DNA from: Scyliorhinus canicula
Lineage: Eukaryota
DNA length: 64,000 bases
NCBI RefSeq assembly: GCF_902713615.1
Contig: NC_052155.1
Coordinates: 172,583,828 to 172,647,827, forward strand
Direction: 5' to 3'
The translations under genes were made by a program, and so were the position numbers. Below the pieces are notes generated by a model that saw only the letters and a list, made by a program, of their open reading frames with translations, ran no database searches and had not been told where the DNA came from. Positions 1-12,797 of the stretch are shown here, in pieces; positions within the stretch are counted from its first letter, which is position 1; each line of letters begins with the position of its first letter.

Positions 1-177
1 CAAGACAAGATAGGTGGACAGATCATGGGTGGTGGTGATTGGGGGGGAGGGGAGGACTTATGTGTCATAGGGACATTGAAATGCATTGGGGGCTCACTTT
101 TTTGTCTCATGCCGACTTCTGCCTTTGCGACTGCCTGCTCAGTTCCCCCCCCCCTCCCACCCCCAACCTTTTTTTTT

Positions 178-393
178 TTAAATTTAGAATATCCAATTCA
201 TTTTTTCAAATTAAGGGGCAATTTAACGTGGCCAATCCACCTAACCTGCACATCTTTGGGTTGTGGGGGTGAAACCCACGCAGACACAGGGAGAACGTGC
301 AAACTCCTCACAGACAGTGACCCAGGGCCGGGATTCGAACCCGGGTCCTCAGCACCGTAGGCAGCAATGCTAATCACTGTGCCACCGTGCCGC
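178..393 (-). mobile_element. HE1/V-SINE-related tRNA-derived SINE, short A-tailed form
   Basis: Reverse complement has GGCACGGTGGCACAG A-box head, GGTTCGAATCC B-box, the GTGAGGAGTTTGCAC/TGGATTGGCCA core and an A/T-rich tail; many similar copies in the window. Confidence 0.85.
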
Positions 394-419
394 CCCCCCC
401 CCCCCCCCCCCCAACCTCA

Positions 420-760
420 CCGACCAGGTCCAACGCCCTCTGCTCTGCGACGGTGATGCAACCTGGCCGCCTGAGGAGGTTGTGCAGCTTCTTTCTGCAT
501 TGCTGCCCGGTCCTTGTGGTAGGGCCACGGCCTCTGCCACCTGCGCCCAAGCTCGGTTGCCATCAGCGGGTGGCAGCCGCCTTCACACCCTGGGGAACAG
601 GGTGTCCCGTCTCTCCTCCACAGCATCTAGCAACATCTTGAGCTCTGCATCTGCGAATCTCAGGGCCTCTCTCCGGGGTTGCATGTTCTTGGCTGGAATG
701 AGAGTGTGTGGGGAGTAGAGTGCTTATATGCAGCTCCAGCTTGTCAGGCGTTCCAGTACC
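420..760 (-). mobile_element. PIF/Harbinger-associated Myb/SANT-like gene fragment (decayed)
   Basis: Minus strand translates as MQPRREALRFADAELKMLLDAVEERRDTLFPRV*; similar to the 5075-5165 region. Confidence 0.6.
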
Positions 761-1185
761 AATCTCAAACCGCAGTGAATCAGACGCTGGCATGAGTTGG
801 AATTGCACTAGTTGGGATATTGAACCAGAAGCATCATGAAGGAACCAATCATTGACTGTTTTCAGGCAGAACACTGACTGGTTGTCAGTTAGTTAATCAA
901 ATCGCCTTCCTCCAAAACTGATTCCTCAGATTCACGCGGCACTGACAAGTCTGTTTTCTCCTCGCCAAAATACAAAACCTAGGAACAAATGTCTTGACAA
1001 GCAGGCTGCTTCAGCTTGAGTCTTCTCTTTAAAGGCACATCCTGATTATGGATCCAGGGACCAAAAATAATAAAATTTAAAAAATGGGAACAAAGAAAAT
1101 AACAGGAAGAGTTCGCACAAGAAGCTGGGTTGTTTTCCTGAGAGAAGGAAAAGACTGAGATGAGATTAAATAGTTGTTCAAAGCA

Positions 1186-3357
1186 ACAAGAACAAAAAAC
1201 AATACAGCACAGGAACAGGCCCTTTGGCTCTGCAAGCCTACGCCGATCACGTGCCCTATCTAGGCCAACCACCTGTATTCTTCTGTACCCTGTCTGTTCA
1301 TGTGCCTATCCAGATAAGTCTTAAAGGTCGCCAACGTATCTGCCTCAACCACCTCACTTGGCAGTGCATTCCACCCTCTGTGTAAAAAAACTTCCCCCGC
1401 ACATCTTCACTGAACCTGTCCCCCCCCCTCACCTTGAACTTGTGCCCCCTTGTAATTATAATTTCCGCCCTGGGAAAAAGCCTCCAACTATTCATCCGAC
1501 CTATACCCCTAATAATTTTATAAACTTCTATCAGATCGCCCCTCAGCCTCCGTCTCTCTAGAAAGAACAATCCCAGTTTATTCAGTCTCTCCTCATAGCT
1601 AATACCCTCCATACCAGGTAACATCCTGGTAAACCTTTGCTGTACTCTCCCCAAAGCCTCCACGTCCTTCTGTTAGTGTGGTGACCAGAATTGGACACGG
1701 TATTCCAAATGTGGCCTAACCAACATTCTATATAATTGTAACATAATTTTCGAGCTTTTATACTCGATACCATGTCCTATGAAGGCAAGCATGCCATATG
1801 CTTTCTTTACCACCATTTCCACCTGTGCTGCCACTTTTAAGGATCTGTGGACCTGCACGCCTAGGTCTTTCTGTGTCTCTATGCTCCTGATGGTTCTGCC
1901 ATTTATTTTATTGCTCCCACCTGTATTGAATGTACCAAAATGCATCACCTCGCATTTGTCCGGGTTAAATTTCATCTGCCATTTCTCTGCCCAATTTTGC
2001 AGCCTATCTATACCCTGTTGTGTTTTCTGACAATCTTCATCACTATCCTCAACTCCTGCAATCTAAGTATCATCCACAAACTTGCTGATCAGATTGCTAT
2101 GTTTTCTTCCAAGTCATTTATATATATTACAAAGAGCAGAGGTCCCAGTATTGATCCCTGTGTAACACCACTAGTTACAGACATCCATTCGGAAAAACAC
2201 CCTTCCACTGCTACCCTCTGTCTTCTTTGGCCAAGCCAGTTGTGAATCCATCCAGCTTGTTCACCCCGATCCCATGTGATCGAATCTTTTGCACCAGCCT
2301 GCCAACTTACCAAATGCTTTTCTGAAGTCCATGTGGAAAACGTCCACAGCCCTTCCCTCGTCATTTTTGTCACCTCCTCAAAACATTCAGTCAAATTAGT
2401 GAGACATGACCTCCCGGATACTAAACCATGCTGTCTGTCGCTAATAAGACCATTCACTTCCAAATGTGCATAGATCGTATCTCTAAGAATCTTTTCCAAC
2501 AATTTCACTATCACTGACGTCAAACTCACTGGCCTATAATTACCCGGATTATCCTTGCAACCCTTCTTAATAATGGTACAACATTGGCTCTCCTCCAATC
2601 CTCTGGGATCTCACCTGTGGCCAATGAGGACACAAAGATTTCTGTCAGAGGCCCAGCGATTTCATCTCTTGTCTCTCTGTAATCTGGGATGGATGCCATC
2701 TGGCCCTGGGTATTTGTCTACCTTAATGCTTTTTAAGACACCCAACACTTCTTCCCTCGTAATAACAACCTGTTCTAAAGTGTTTACACATCCCTCTGAG
2801 ATACCACCAATCAACGTGTCCCTCTCTTTTGTGAATACCTATGCAAAATACTCATTAAGGACCTCACCTATTTCCTCTGGTTCAACACATATTTTCCTTC
2901 CTTTGTCTTTGAGTGGACCAACTCTTTCTCTAGCTACCCTCTTGTTCCTAATATACGTATAAAATGTCTTGGGTTTCTCCTTGATACTGTCTGCCAAGGA
3001 CATTTCATGACCCCTTTTTGCCTTCCTAACTCCCTGCTTGAACTCTTTTCTACTTTCCTTGTATTCCTCAAGTGCTTTATCTGTTTTTAATTGCCTGTAA
3101 CTCACATATAAATCTTTTTTCTTTTTGAAAAGATTCTCAATTTCCCTGGTCATCCATGTTCCCAAATTCTGCCTTTCCTGCCCTCCCTTTTTACTGGCAC
3201 ATGCCTGTCCTGCACTCCCATCAACTGCTCCTTAAGAGACTCCCACATGCCAAATGTGAATTCACCCTCAAACAGCCTCTCCCAAACAACAGCCTCCAAA
3301 TCCTGTCTAATCTGGCTGTAGTTAGCCTTCCCCCAATTTAGCACCTTAACCCTAGGG
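1186..3357 (-). mobile_element. CR1/HER1 LINE, 5'-truncated ORF2 (reverse transcriptase) and 3' tail
   Basis: Motifs [54 protein letters not shown]; frameshifted; tail ending GGCCTGTTCCTGTGCTGTA. Confidence 0.92.
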
Positions 3358-3359
3358 AC

Positions 3360-3700
3360 TGGGACTCAGTAGATAGAGAGAAACTATCTCCATTGCAGAA
3401 AGGGTCAAGAATCAGAGGAAACTAATCTAAGGTGAATGGCGAAAGAACCAATGGTCCCATGAGGATTTTCTTTGTGCACTCAGATACATAGGATCTGGAA
3501 TTCAATGCTTGAGAGTGTAGGTGGAGCCAGAATCAAGTGTGGCTTTCAAGAAAAAATTATATAATTATCTGGAGAGAAAAAACCTGCAGGACAACAAGGA
3601 AATGGCAGTGGGGTTAGGTGAGTTGCTCTTGGAGAGAGCTGGCATGGACATGATGAGCCAAATGGCCTCCTTCTATACTATAACCATTTTATGATTCTAG
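3360..3700 (+). mobile_element. Old CR1 3' end fragment
   Basis: Degenerate CR1 3' end ending in CAAATGGCCTCCTTCT...TTTATGATTCTA. Confidence 0.65.
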
Positions 3701-3795
3701 AACTGAAAATCTCATTCATCCAAATTCTGCAACATTGACAGGTTTGTACTGATACGCATTCCAGTTCTGATCTCATCGTACCTAGTTGTATCCTA

Positions 3796-5417
3796 GAGAA
3801 TGATTCAATGGCCTCATCGGGCCCGAGCATGATGAGGCCGGTGAATAGTAGGAGATGCTAAAAATGAGAACTGCGCTGGGCGGCAAACCATTGCGATGCA
3901 ACCGGCCTTCTCCATAGGCAAAATTGGGATCCCACTGTAGCATGGCGAGAAATCCATAAATCACCACTTAAGGCCTATTTCCATACAATTAGCTGGAGCC
4001 ACCCCATATCCAACTACATCCCCAGTAAGTGGTCACACTGGCACCAATTAGTACTCCTTTTAAAAAACGTGAACCTGGTGGAAGGGCTGCTGCGGGGACC
4101 CTAGGACGTGGGATGGGGCCCTGGGGTTCACCTCGAATGGAGGGGCAGCTGGATTGAGCCCCAGCTGTCCCTGCATCATCTGGTTCTGCTAGTCTTGGCA
4201 GCTCCCCAATGTTTGCACCATGGTGTTGACACCCTTGGCGATGCTCCTCAGTGACTGGGACACATTCTGCAGTGCCTCAGCAATGCCCACCTGCGACTGG
4301 GACAAGCTCTGCAGCGCCTTGGCCATTCCCATCTGAGAGCAGGTCGTGTCCCGCAGTACTTCATCAAGGTTACCTCCCCCAGCGAGTTGGACAGCCTCCC
4401 AAGGCCTTCCGCTATGGCCGTCACCAACTGTGCCATGCCTTGGGACACTTGCACTAATGCTGCTGACATTATGCACCAAGCTCTCCACTGCGATTGCCAC
4501 CCTAGCAATGTTGGCCTCGGTTCCACGCATTGCAGGCGCTATCTCTTGCGCCCGTCGCCTCTGGGGCTCCTCCAATGGGCCATGGACGTGCTGGAGTTCG
4601 CTGGAATCTCCCTCAGAATGTCATGGCCGCACCCTAACACCTGCATTAGCTCTGGGTAAACCAGCTGGGTCCTGGGATCCAGCAGACCTCTGACTGCTGT
4701 CTCATCTGGATGTTACTGCCTCCACCTGTTGTGCATCAGCAACTGTGAGGTGCTCAGCAGAATGTCCTCAAAGACCTGACCACTAATGTTGCCCACCGAG
4801 GTGAGAGTCTCTGCGCTGCTGGAGGGTGGCGATGAAAGCTGTGACGCAACGATGGTTGCATCCTCGGAGCTCTCCTCCGTGATGGTCTTCTGGGGTGTGG
4901 GGGGGGAACAACCCCGGATGGGCCTGTGCCGTCGGCTGGAGATCCTGCAGGCCTGGTATAGGTTGTTACCCTTCTTGCGGCACTGTCTAGTCACGCTGTC
5001 CGAGCTGATGGCGCTGCCACTTCAACCCAGGTGGCACTGGCTGCCCTGTGGCTCATCCTCCGGGACCCTTGGGGGAACAGGACATCCCTCCTGGCCTCGA
5101 CCTCATCTAAGACCCTCCCTAGGTCCGCATCTCCAGATCTTGGGACTGGTCATCTCGACACCATAGCGGCGAGCTGAGTGGGGTTGGCGGTGTAAGAGCT
5201 GTTTAAGTGCTGCTCGACCTTGTTAGCAGGGGGCTGGCAAGCGCGGTCCTGGCAAATTGGCTGGCGAGTCTTCATTTGCAGCGTGGAGCCCATGGGGCCT
5301 CCTTAAGTGGACCAATTATTGTATTGCGCTGCCACCCTCGCTGGGCCGAGAGCCGGGAAGCTCAACACAGATCCTGCTCGCTACCACGCTTAGAAATCTT
5401 TCCGGAGAATCGCACCC
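3796..5417 (-). mobile_element. PIF/Harbinger-type element with decayed Myb/SANT-like ORF
   Basis: Ends resemble GGG(C/T)G(C/T)GATTC terminal repeats (GAGAATCGCACCC at about 5405-5417); peptides PRSGDADLGRVLDEVEARRDVLFP and TRQCRKKGNNL, then a coiled-coil-like region. Confidence 0.65.
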
Positions 5418-6319
5418 CAAGTCACAGACCGCTAACTTGCACTGTGTTGTCGATCTCAAACTCGCATTATTTTAGGAAAAATTGGTGATTGCATCAAAGG
5501 TTGGGAGCGTCAATGTCAAAGCAAAACATTCAACGCGAGGGCACACATTTAAAGGGACACTGTCATTGTTTAAGTTGTTGTACAAAGACACTGCGCCAGG
5601 TTTTGGTATTCAGAGTAATAGCCAATGATGTGACACCATTCTGGAATTCTATCATGTCTGCTGGAGAGAAACATCGTTTATTAAAAGTGTAATTGCATGT
5701 TATAAAAACGAAGAGGAAATAGCATTACAAAATGCTGTGCTGCAGCAGAAATAGCATTTGCCCAATGTCTTCACACTTGTCATGGCGCAATTATTTTTTC
5801 AGCTTTCAGACGCTGTTACAGGGACGAAGACTGCTGCACTCCCCCCCACCACCACCCCACAAAAAAAATTCCAATGCACTGACAACGCCCCTTGAAAAGA
5901 TAGTCTGCTGAAACTGCCCACTTTCGTCTTCGGGATAAACAGGATCCCTATACATCAGTCTCCAGTCGTGCTCTGAACTTCCCTTTTAAAAAAACAACAT
6001 ATACGTACATTGATTTTCGAATGAGTGGCAACCGATCTGATGTCTGGCAATGTAAGCTCGTTATTTCGCTAATTCATGCTTCCTTTTCTCACTCACAGGA
6101 AAGAGCTGCGAGATTGTGAAAGCTTGTCTAGATTAGCTCTATGTTGGTTGGACAAGGTTTTTAAAAATCCACCTTTTCCTCCACAGAACAGTGAACACTT
6201 CGTTTATCGTGTATGTCATGATTTTATACATGTATGAACGATAAGTATGAGAAGCAAAACCCTTGTCAACTGATTACATTTTTAGTCATTTTGTGACCGA
6301 GATGGTGTTACAAACCTGA

Positions 6320-6452
6320 ACCAAATGACGTACAATTGACCAACCCGGAAGTAACAGTTCTTGCACTTTCAGCTTGAAACTGCCTTTTATTGAAGATTAC
6401 TTCCCGTTTTAACAAACTGTACGCTTTTTTCTCTCCTCCTCCTCTCAGTAAG
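6320..6452 (+). promoter_or_regulatory. Housekeeping-type promoter: CRE-like site, GABP/ETS site and 5'TOP/TCT pyrimidine tract
   Basis: TGACGT 6326-6331; CCGGAAGT 6345-6352; ACTTCCCG 6399-6406; 23-nt pure pyrimidine tract CTTTTTTCTCTCCTCCTCCTCTC 6424-6446, followed by possible donors CA|GTAAGG and AAG|GTACAG; locally CpG-retaining and repeat-free. Confidence 0.55.
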
Positions 6453-6964
6453 GTACAGTACGATCGTTTTATTTTCCATTATTGAAACAGGAATATCGCA
6501 CAAATGCATTATTTTTTGTGATTGTGCTTTTTAGAATGTGATGCTTAGCGTTAGTTGGATTCGCTAAAATGAAAATCCTCGCACCTGGAGAATACATTAA
6601 ATTAGAATTGTGCAAAGGATCGTGAAGGAGACAGATTTTGCAACGTTTTATGTAGTTTTCTAAAGAATACAATGATTGACCTTATTTTCAATTGAGGCAA
6701 TCTTTGATGTAGATATATTTCTGCATCGCCCTGATTTTTCAAATATATTTCTTTCCGGAGGATACGAATTCGGATCTCAGTGAATGAGAAGCATTCATAG
6801 CCTGAAGGTTGGAGGAGGATAGTGCAGCTGTAGAGGGTGACATTTCCTCTAGGTCCAAAAGCCCGCCTTTTAAAAGCAATTCCTCCTATTTTTGTCTGCA
6901 TGTTACTGTTCCGGTAATGTGTGTAGGCCTGCTTTGCAAGATTTTGAAAAAAATGTTCAATATA

Positions 6965-7133
6965 CGGGTTAGGTGGATTGGCCATGCTAAATTGCCCGTA
7001 GTGTCCTAAAAAGTAAGATTAGGGGGGGTTGTTGGGTTACGGGTATAGGGTGGATACGTGGGTTTGAGTAGGGTGATCATTGCTCGGCACAACATCGAGG
7101 GCCGAAGGGCCTGTTCTGTGCTGTACTGTTCTA
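6965..7133 (+). mobile_element. HE1-type SINE 3' half with CR1-derived tail
   Basis: TGGATTGGCCATGCTAAATTGCCC core and GGGCCGAAGGGCCTGTTCTGTGCTGTACTGTTCTA tail matching the CR1 end at about 31720-31761. Confidence 0.85.
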
Positions 7134-9114
7134 TACATGTACAAACTGGTAGTGCAATAACATTATACAGTGGAAATAGGCTTTGTTGATAATTTCCGGT
7201 TTGTGTACATTAACCTTAATGTTTTTATAAATGCTAAATTGTATTTTAATTTTGGCAACTGGAAAGGCATCATTTTGAATCAAATTTAAGGGTCGGAGTA
7301 GAGTTAAATTTGGCACCCTATAAGTATATAATACCCTTTTTAGACTTGTTTTTTTTACATATATTCACTGATCACAAACAACTTATGTGACCAGTGGCAA
7401 AACTACATGCAATTTTGAGTTTTTCCTATTATCTGCTAGACAAAACATATTACTAATTTGACTTAATTTATTCCTTTAAATCTGCCAGTGTCAAAACTGA
7501 GTTGTACAAATCAGAAATATGCTTTTAATTGGGTGCAACAGTGAAGCTGCACATAGTCATATAATGATGACCGTGCCTGGTTTATCAAGCATGCAACAAA
7601 GTGGCACTTTCTTGCATAAAGGATGGAAGTTAAGCGGGACAAGTTAATTGATGAGCCTCCTTAAGAGGCGCTATTTGGACTTTGCACGGTCAGTTTTATA
7701 GTAAATTTGGTGGAGACACCAGAATACGTCATGAGTCTGGTCTTGTGTATAATATTGGGATATCAATTAAAATATTATATACTAATAGATCTTCTGTGAC
7801 ATTGCTCATGGTAAATCATGGGATGCAGTCAAACATGATGTCTGAAATGTGATGGCTAAAGTGTGGACATTGCAGGAAATATACAATACTTTAAATATGT
7901 TACCAGTGGCATTCACATAGCAAGTTAGATTATATGGTCACACTTGTGTTGCTGATACTCACTCTTGCCTACCTTAGTCTCTTTTTCTCTTCTCTCTCTC
8001 AAACTTGTTACTTCTCTCTATCTCTCTATATGTTTGACTGGAAGGTAGAGGTTGGTTTGCCATTTGGAGTGAGTTTTCAGGAAAATATGGCCCTCAACAA
8101 TTCCCATCCTCAATCATACATACTTCACCTATTTGAGTCCATAGCATTGCTTAACTCTTTATCTTCCTACTGCTCATTCACCTTGCCACCATTCCCTGAT
8201 ATCGCCCACTATACCCACATCTTCCTCTTTAAATAAATTACTTAGCTGTTCAACTCTTATTTCCTCCCTTTCTTTCTCCACATGTATTTTACTCTTAAAG
8301 CTGTTTTAAAAGACAGAAATATTATATCTTTCAATGCACAACGTAATACTGTTGAAAGGAAGTTGCATGTAAATTTACCTGCTGCTTTATGGGTTCGTAA
8401 ATACGTGCTGCGATCAATTACAGGATCATTTTTCTATAGACCTGTAAGTCTTCAGCTTTTCACCAATACCAATAAAGTTAATTTCTCTGTGGTAACTTAT
8501 TATCTTTTCAATATTTATAATTCAAAGCCCTTTCTCCAAGTCCCTGAGCTGTCCATTACACGTAAATAAATATTTATCTTCCTTTTAGATAATTTCAATT
8601 TGATTCCTTATCTAGCCTTTTGGGACAGGGGCTCCTGTGTTCCCATCCTTTTGAATAAAGATAATTTTCTGTGGATTAAATTTTAACTGGCTTCTCATAC
8701 CAGAGAGTAATGTCTCTTCCTATCTGCCCCAGCAGTTTAATTCATTATTTTTGAACACCTTAATCAGATAACCTCCTGATTCTAAGCTAGGAAATATAAT
8801 CCAAGCTTGTCTGACGTAGCCAAATCCCTTCAGCGCAAATCTTATCCTGGTAAATCGTCAGAGGACTTTTTCCAAGCCTAATATATCCTCTCTAAAGTGA
8901 GCACCCAAAGTGAAATGTTTATTAGTTCAGTAGTACTTTCTTGCTTGCTTATATGTTCTTTATTTCTATAGTTCTAGTAGTGCATTTGCTTTTTACATCT
9001 GTGAATCGCTTTTAAATGGTTTTATTCAATGAACCCACAAAACTTCAAGTTAGATAGTATTCTAAACTGTATTTCTTGCATTACAAGTGTACTGCCTTTA
9101 ATTTATTACCATAG

Positions 9115-9540
9115 CAATTTGTACTTGCACAGTGCCTTTAAGATTAAAATCTCTTCCAAAGCATTCACAATTACATACCAAAAATAAATGGATACTGAGC
9201 CACAGAAAGTCTTATTAGGAAAAATTACAAAAATTTTGGTCATAGCAGGTTTTAAAGAGTGCCTCAAAGAAGCAGAGATGGGGGGATTTGTTTAAAGGAA
9301 ATTCATCTGGAGCCAAGTTGAGTGAAGGTATGGCCATGGCCACAAGTGAGGGTGTGAAGGGAGGTGGAGTTGCACAAGTCCTCTGAATCATCAGAGGTAT
9401 AGAGTCAGAAGCTCAGCTCAGGGCCAAATTAAATGCTTAATGGTTTTAAAGTCTGGTTCAGCCTGTGATGGTGGTGGGGGAGGAGGAGATGGAGTCAATG
9501 ATGAGGGTTCAGAGTTTGTGGCATTGGTTTTTCCAATGTT
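9115..9540 (-). mobile_element. Old L2-like LINE 3' fragment
   Basis: Degenerate match to the L2-type 3' end (…TGCCTTTAA…CAAAGCATTCACA on + strand) followed by G-rich body. Confidence 0.45.
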
Positions 9541-9934
9541 TTGTCACATTAACCTGCATTGGCTTACTGCCTAATGTATCTATTGATTTGTTTGTAATTT
9601 TCTGCTCTTTTTCAAAGTTGATTTTTGCCTCCTAACATGTATCATCTTCAAATTTGTCATACGTGGTCTTTAGTGGACATCATTAATTAACTGCTTGTGA
9701 ATTTGAAAATATCCCAGTTACCCAACTTTTTTCTTCCTACCTTCCAACTAATCTATATGGTCACCAATCTCGTGTGCCTCAATTTTAGCATGCAATCTAT
9801 TGTACAAAACCTTATTGAATGCCTTCCAAAGGTTCACCTGACTGGCTGTCAGGAACTTTAAATGTTAGAAACAGGAGTAGGCCATTCAGCCCGTTGAGCC
9901 TGTTCCATTATTCAAGATGATTATATCTGATTAG

Positions 9935-9966
<32 letters not shown>

Positions 9967-10953
9967 ACCGACACATATTGCATTGATATTTAGAAATCTT
10001 TGAAACTCTACTTTAAACATAATTGAGCTTCCGCAGTCCTCTGGGGTAAAGAATTCAAAAGATTCACCACCCTCTGAGTGAAAACATTTTGCCTCATCTT
10101 GGTCCTAAGTGGATTCCTCCTTATTGTGAAATTGTGTTCCCTGGTTCTAGACTTCCCAATCATGGGAAACACCTAACCTGCATCTACTCTGTCCATCTAC
10201 TCTGTGTAACCCTTTAATTAATTTGTCAACTTCAGTGAGATCACTTCTCATTCTTTGAATCCCTTGAGAACACAGACCCCAGTTTCCCCAGCCTCTCTTC
10301 AAAAGACAGTCCCACTGTACCAGTAACAAGTCTGGTGAACCTTCATTGTACTTGCTCTATGACAATAATATCCTTCCAAGGAAAGGGGATTAAAGCTGCA
10401 GATGCTACTCCAGATGCAGTCTAACTAAGGTTTGCTACTCCTGTGCTTAGATCCTCGTGCAATAAAGGCTAACATACATTTGCTTTTCTAACTGCTTGCT
10501 GCACCGGCATGTTGGCTTTAGTGACTTATTGACGAGGACACCCAGGTCCCTTTGTACATCTACATTTCTAATATCTTATCATTTAAGAAATACTCTGCAT
10601 ACCAGTTCCTCCTACCAAACTGGATAATCTGACATGTTTCCACATTATATTCCATCTGCCATGTTCTTGCTTACTCACTAAGTCTACAAATCCTCTGAAG
10701 CCACTTTGTATCTTCCTCACAACACATATTCTCACCTAGCTTTGTGTCATCTGCCAACTTGGAAATATCAAATAGGGCCCCACATCCAAATAATTGATAC
10801 AGATTGTGTGTTGGCATGAGGCAATGCCAGGTAGACTGCAGTATGAAGGAAAGCAGGTTTTATTGGCAACTAACAAGGGTAACTTTTATACAGGCACAGA
10901 ATCTCTACAGGTCTTCACATTCTGACTCCAGGGTTAAGGCTGACCAGGGCCAA

Positions 10954-11178
10954 GGCAGCACGGTGAAGCAGTGGTTAGCACTGCTGCCTCACGGCACAGA
11001 GGTACCAGGTTCGATCCGGCTCGGGGTCACTGTCCGTGTGGAGTTTGCACATTCTTCCCGTGTTTGCGTTGGTTTCGCCCCCACAACCCAAAGATGTTCC
11101 GGGTAGGTGGATTGGCCATGCTAAATTGCTCCTTAATTGGAAAAAATGAATTGGGTACTCTAAAATTTATTTTTAAAA
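10954..11178 (+). mobile_element. HE1-related SINE, short form, inserted in an LTR
   Basis: Full head and core; flanking direct repeat CTGACCAGGGCC. Confidence 0.88.
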
Positions 11179-11436
11179 ACTCTGACCAGGGCCTCGCTCC
11201 CCGGACCCTATGATTCCCCCCCGCCCCCCCGCCCCCCCGCCCCATTGGTCAGGGTTCACGTGCTCCCGCACGATAGGCCTGAATCTGTCACATGACCCTC
11301 AAAGACACATCCCTTAAAGGGGCCATGTTACGAATAACATATTTATGAATAAGCTATGTACAGTTCCTATATACAATATAAGAGCTGAGGAACACAAAGG
11401 AAGAGACTCCATAACAGTCCATCACAATGTTAAATA

Positions 11437-11785
11437 GGCAGCACGGTAGCATTGTGGATAGCACAATGGCTTCACAGCTCCAGGGTACCAGGTTCGATTC
11501 CGGCTTGGGTCACTGACTGTGCGGAGTCTGCACATCCTCCCCGTGTGTGCATGGGTTTCCTCCGGGTGCTCCAGTTTCCTTCCACAGTCCAAAGATGTGC
11601 AGGTTAGGTGGATTGGCCATGATAAATAGCCCTTAGTGTCCAAAATTGCCCTTAGTGTTGGGTGGGGTTACTGGGTTATTGGGATAGGGGGAGGTGTTGA
11701 CCTTGGGTAGGGTGCTCTTTCCAAGAGCCGGTGCAGACTCGATGGGCCGAATGGCCTCCTTCTGCACTGTAAATTCTATGATAAA
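11437..11785 (+). mobile_element. HE1 SINE, long form
   Basis: tRNA-like head, core and CR1-type tail GAATGGCCTCCTTCTGCACTGTAAATTCTATGA. Confidence 0.9.
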
Positions 11786-12451
11786 TGATAAACTTCTCAG
11801 GGGGTTTTCTGGGTCCTGTAGACCGCCTTTGTCTCCCAACTGGCTCCTCCAACTTGGAGGAATCAACAGTAGCATCCTTGACAGAATGTCTCTGAAAGTC
11901 AAACAACTCTGCAGGGTTATTGCCTTCTGTAGTTTCTTCCTAGGTAATCAAAGAGTTTCTTCAAGACTCGTCGATTCCCTCTGTTCTGGCTCCACCACAG
12001 GAGCACTGGTGCTGCCTGCCAGCTCCAAATGTTCCGAGTTTGGGGTAGTAGTTCCCCGGCTTCTCATGTGGTCAATGTGTTTCTTCATTGTCCTACTTTT
12101 CAAATCTGCCACAATTCGATCTGGTAGCCATAATGGGCCTGAGGCGAAGTTTCTGACTAGGACCAGGTCGCCCACTTGGAATGACCTGCCCCTTTTTTGT
12201 GAAGCATTCTGTTTCCACTGGGAGGTCTGCCGTGCCTCCACCCACTCCGCAACATTTGGGAAAATCCAAGTCCAAGTGGGTCTGGAGACGGCAGCCTATT
12301 AGTACTTCTGCGGGTACAATGCATTTGGTGGTATGGGGCGGGTTGTATTTTAAGACAAAAGAAAGTTGGCCAATCTAAGATGTAGTGCTCTCATGGACTG
12401 CTTTTTCATACCAGCCTTGAATGTTTGCACAGCTCTTCCCGCTAACCCATT

Positions 12452-12797
12452 TAGAACATAGAACAGTACAGCACAGAACAGGCCCTTCGGCCCTCAATGT
12501 TGTGCCGAGCCATGATCACCCTACTCAAACTCACGTATCCACCCTATACCCGTAACCCAACAACCCCCCCCCCTTAACCTTACTTTTATTAGGACACTAC
12601 GGGCAATTTAGCATGGCCAATCCACCTAACCCGCACATCTTTGGACTGTGGGAGGAAACCGGAGCACCCGGAGGAAACCCACGCATACAGGGGGAGGACG
12701 TGCAGACTCCACACAGACAGTGACCCAGCCGGGAATCGAACCTGGGACCCTGGAGCTGTGAAGCATTTATGCTAACCACCATGCTACCCTGCTGCCC
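12452..12797 (-). mobile_element. HE1 SINE, long form, second CR1 tail type
   Basis: Reverse complement has head, core and GAAGGGCCTGTTCTGTGCTGTACTGTTCTATGTTCTA tail. Confidence 0.9.

Noticed and set aside
6297-6312. GATGGTGTTACA resembling part of U19/SNORA74; AAACCAT at about 32891 resembling the U17 m2 motif
   Set aside because: Short isolated matches recalled from memory, without the rest of either RNA's sequence or structure
6671-6734. Possible C/D snoRNA (ATGATT...CTGA)
   Set aside because: Box C is imperfect, no rRNA or snRNA antisense element was recognised, and CCCTGAT is better explained as a branch point
7789-7920. Reading frame with an in-frame TGA (possible selenocysteine)
   Set aside because: No homology, no SECIS identified, and another stop follows shortly
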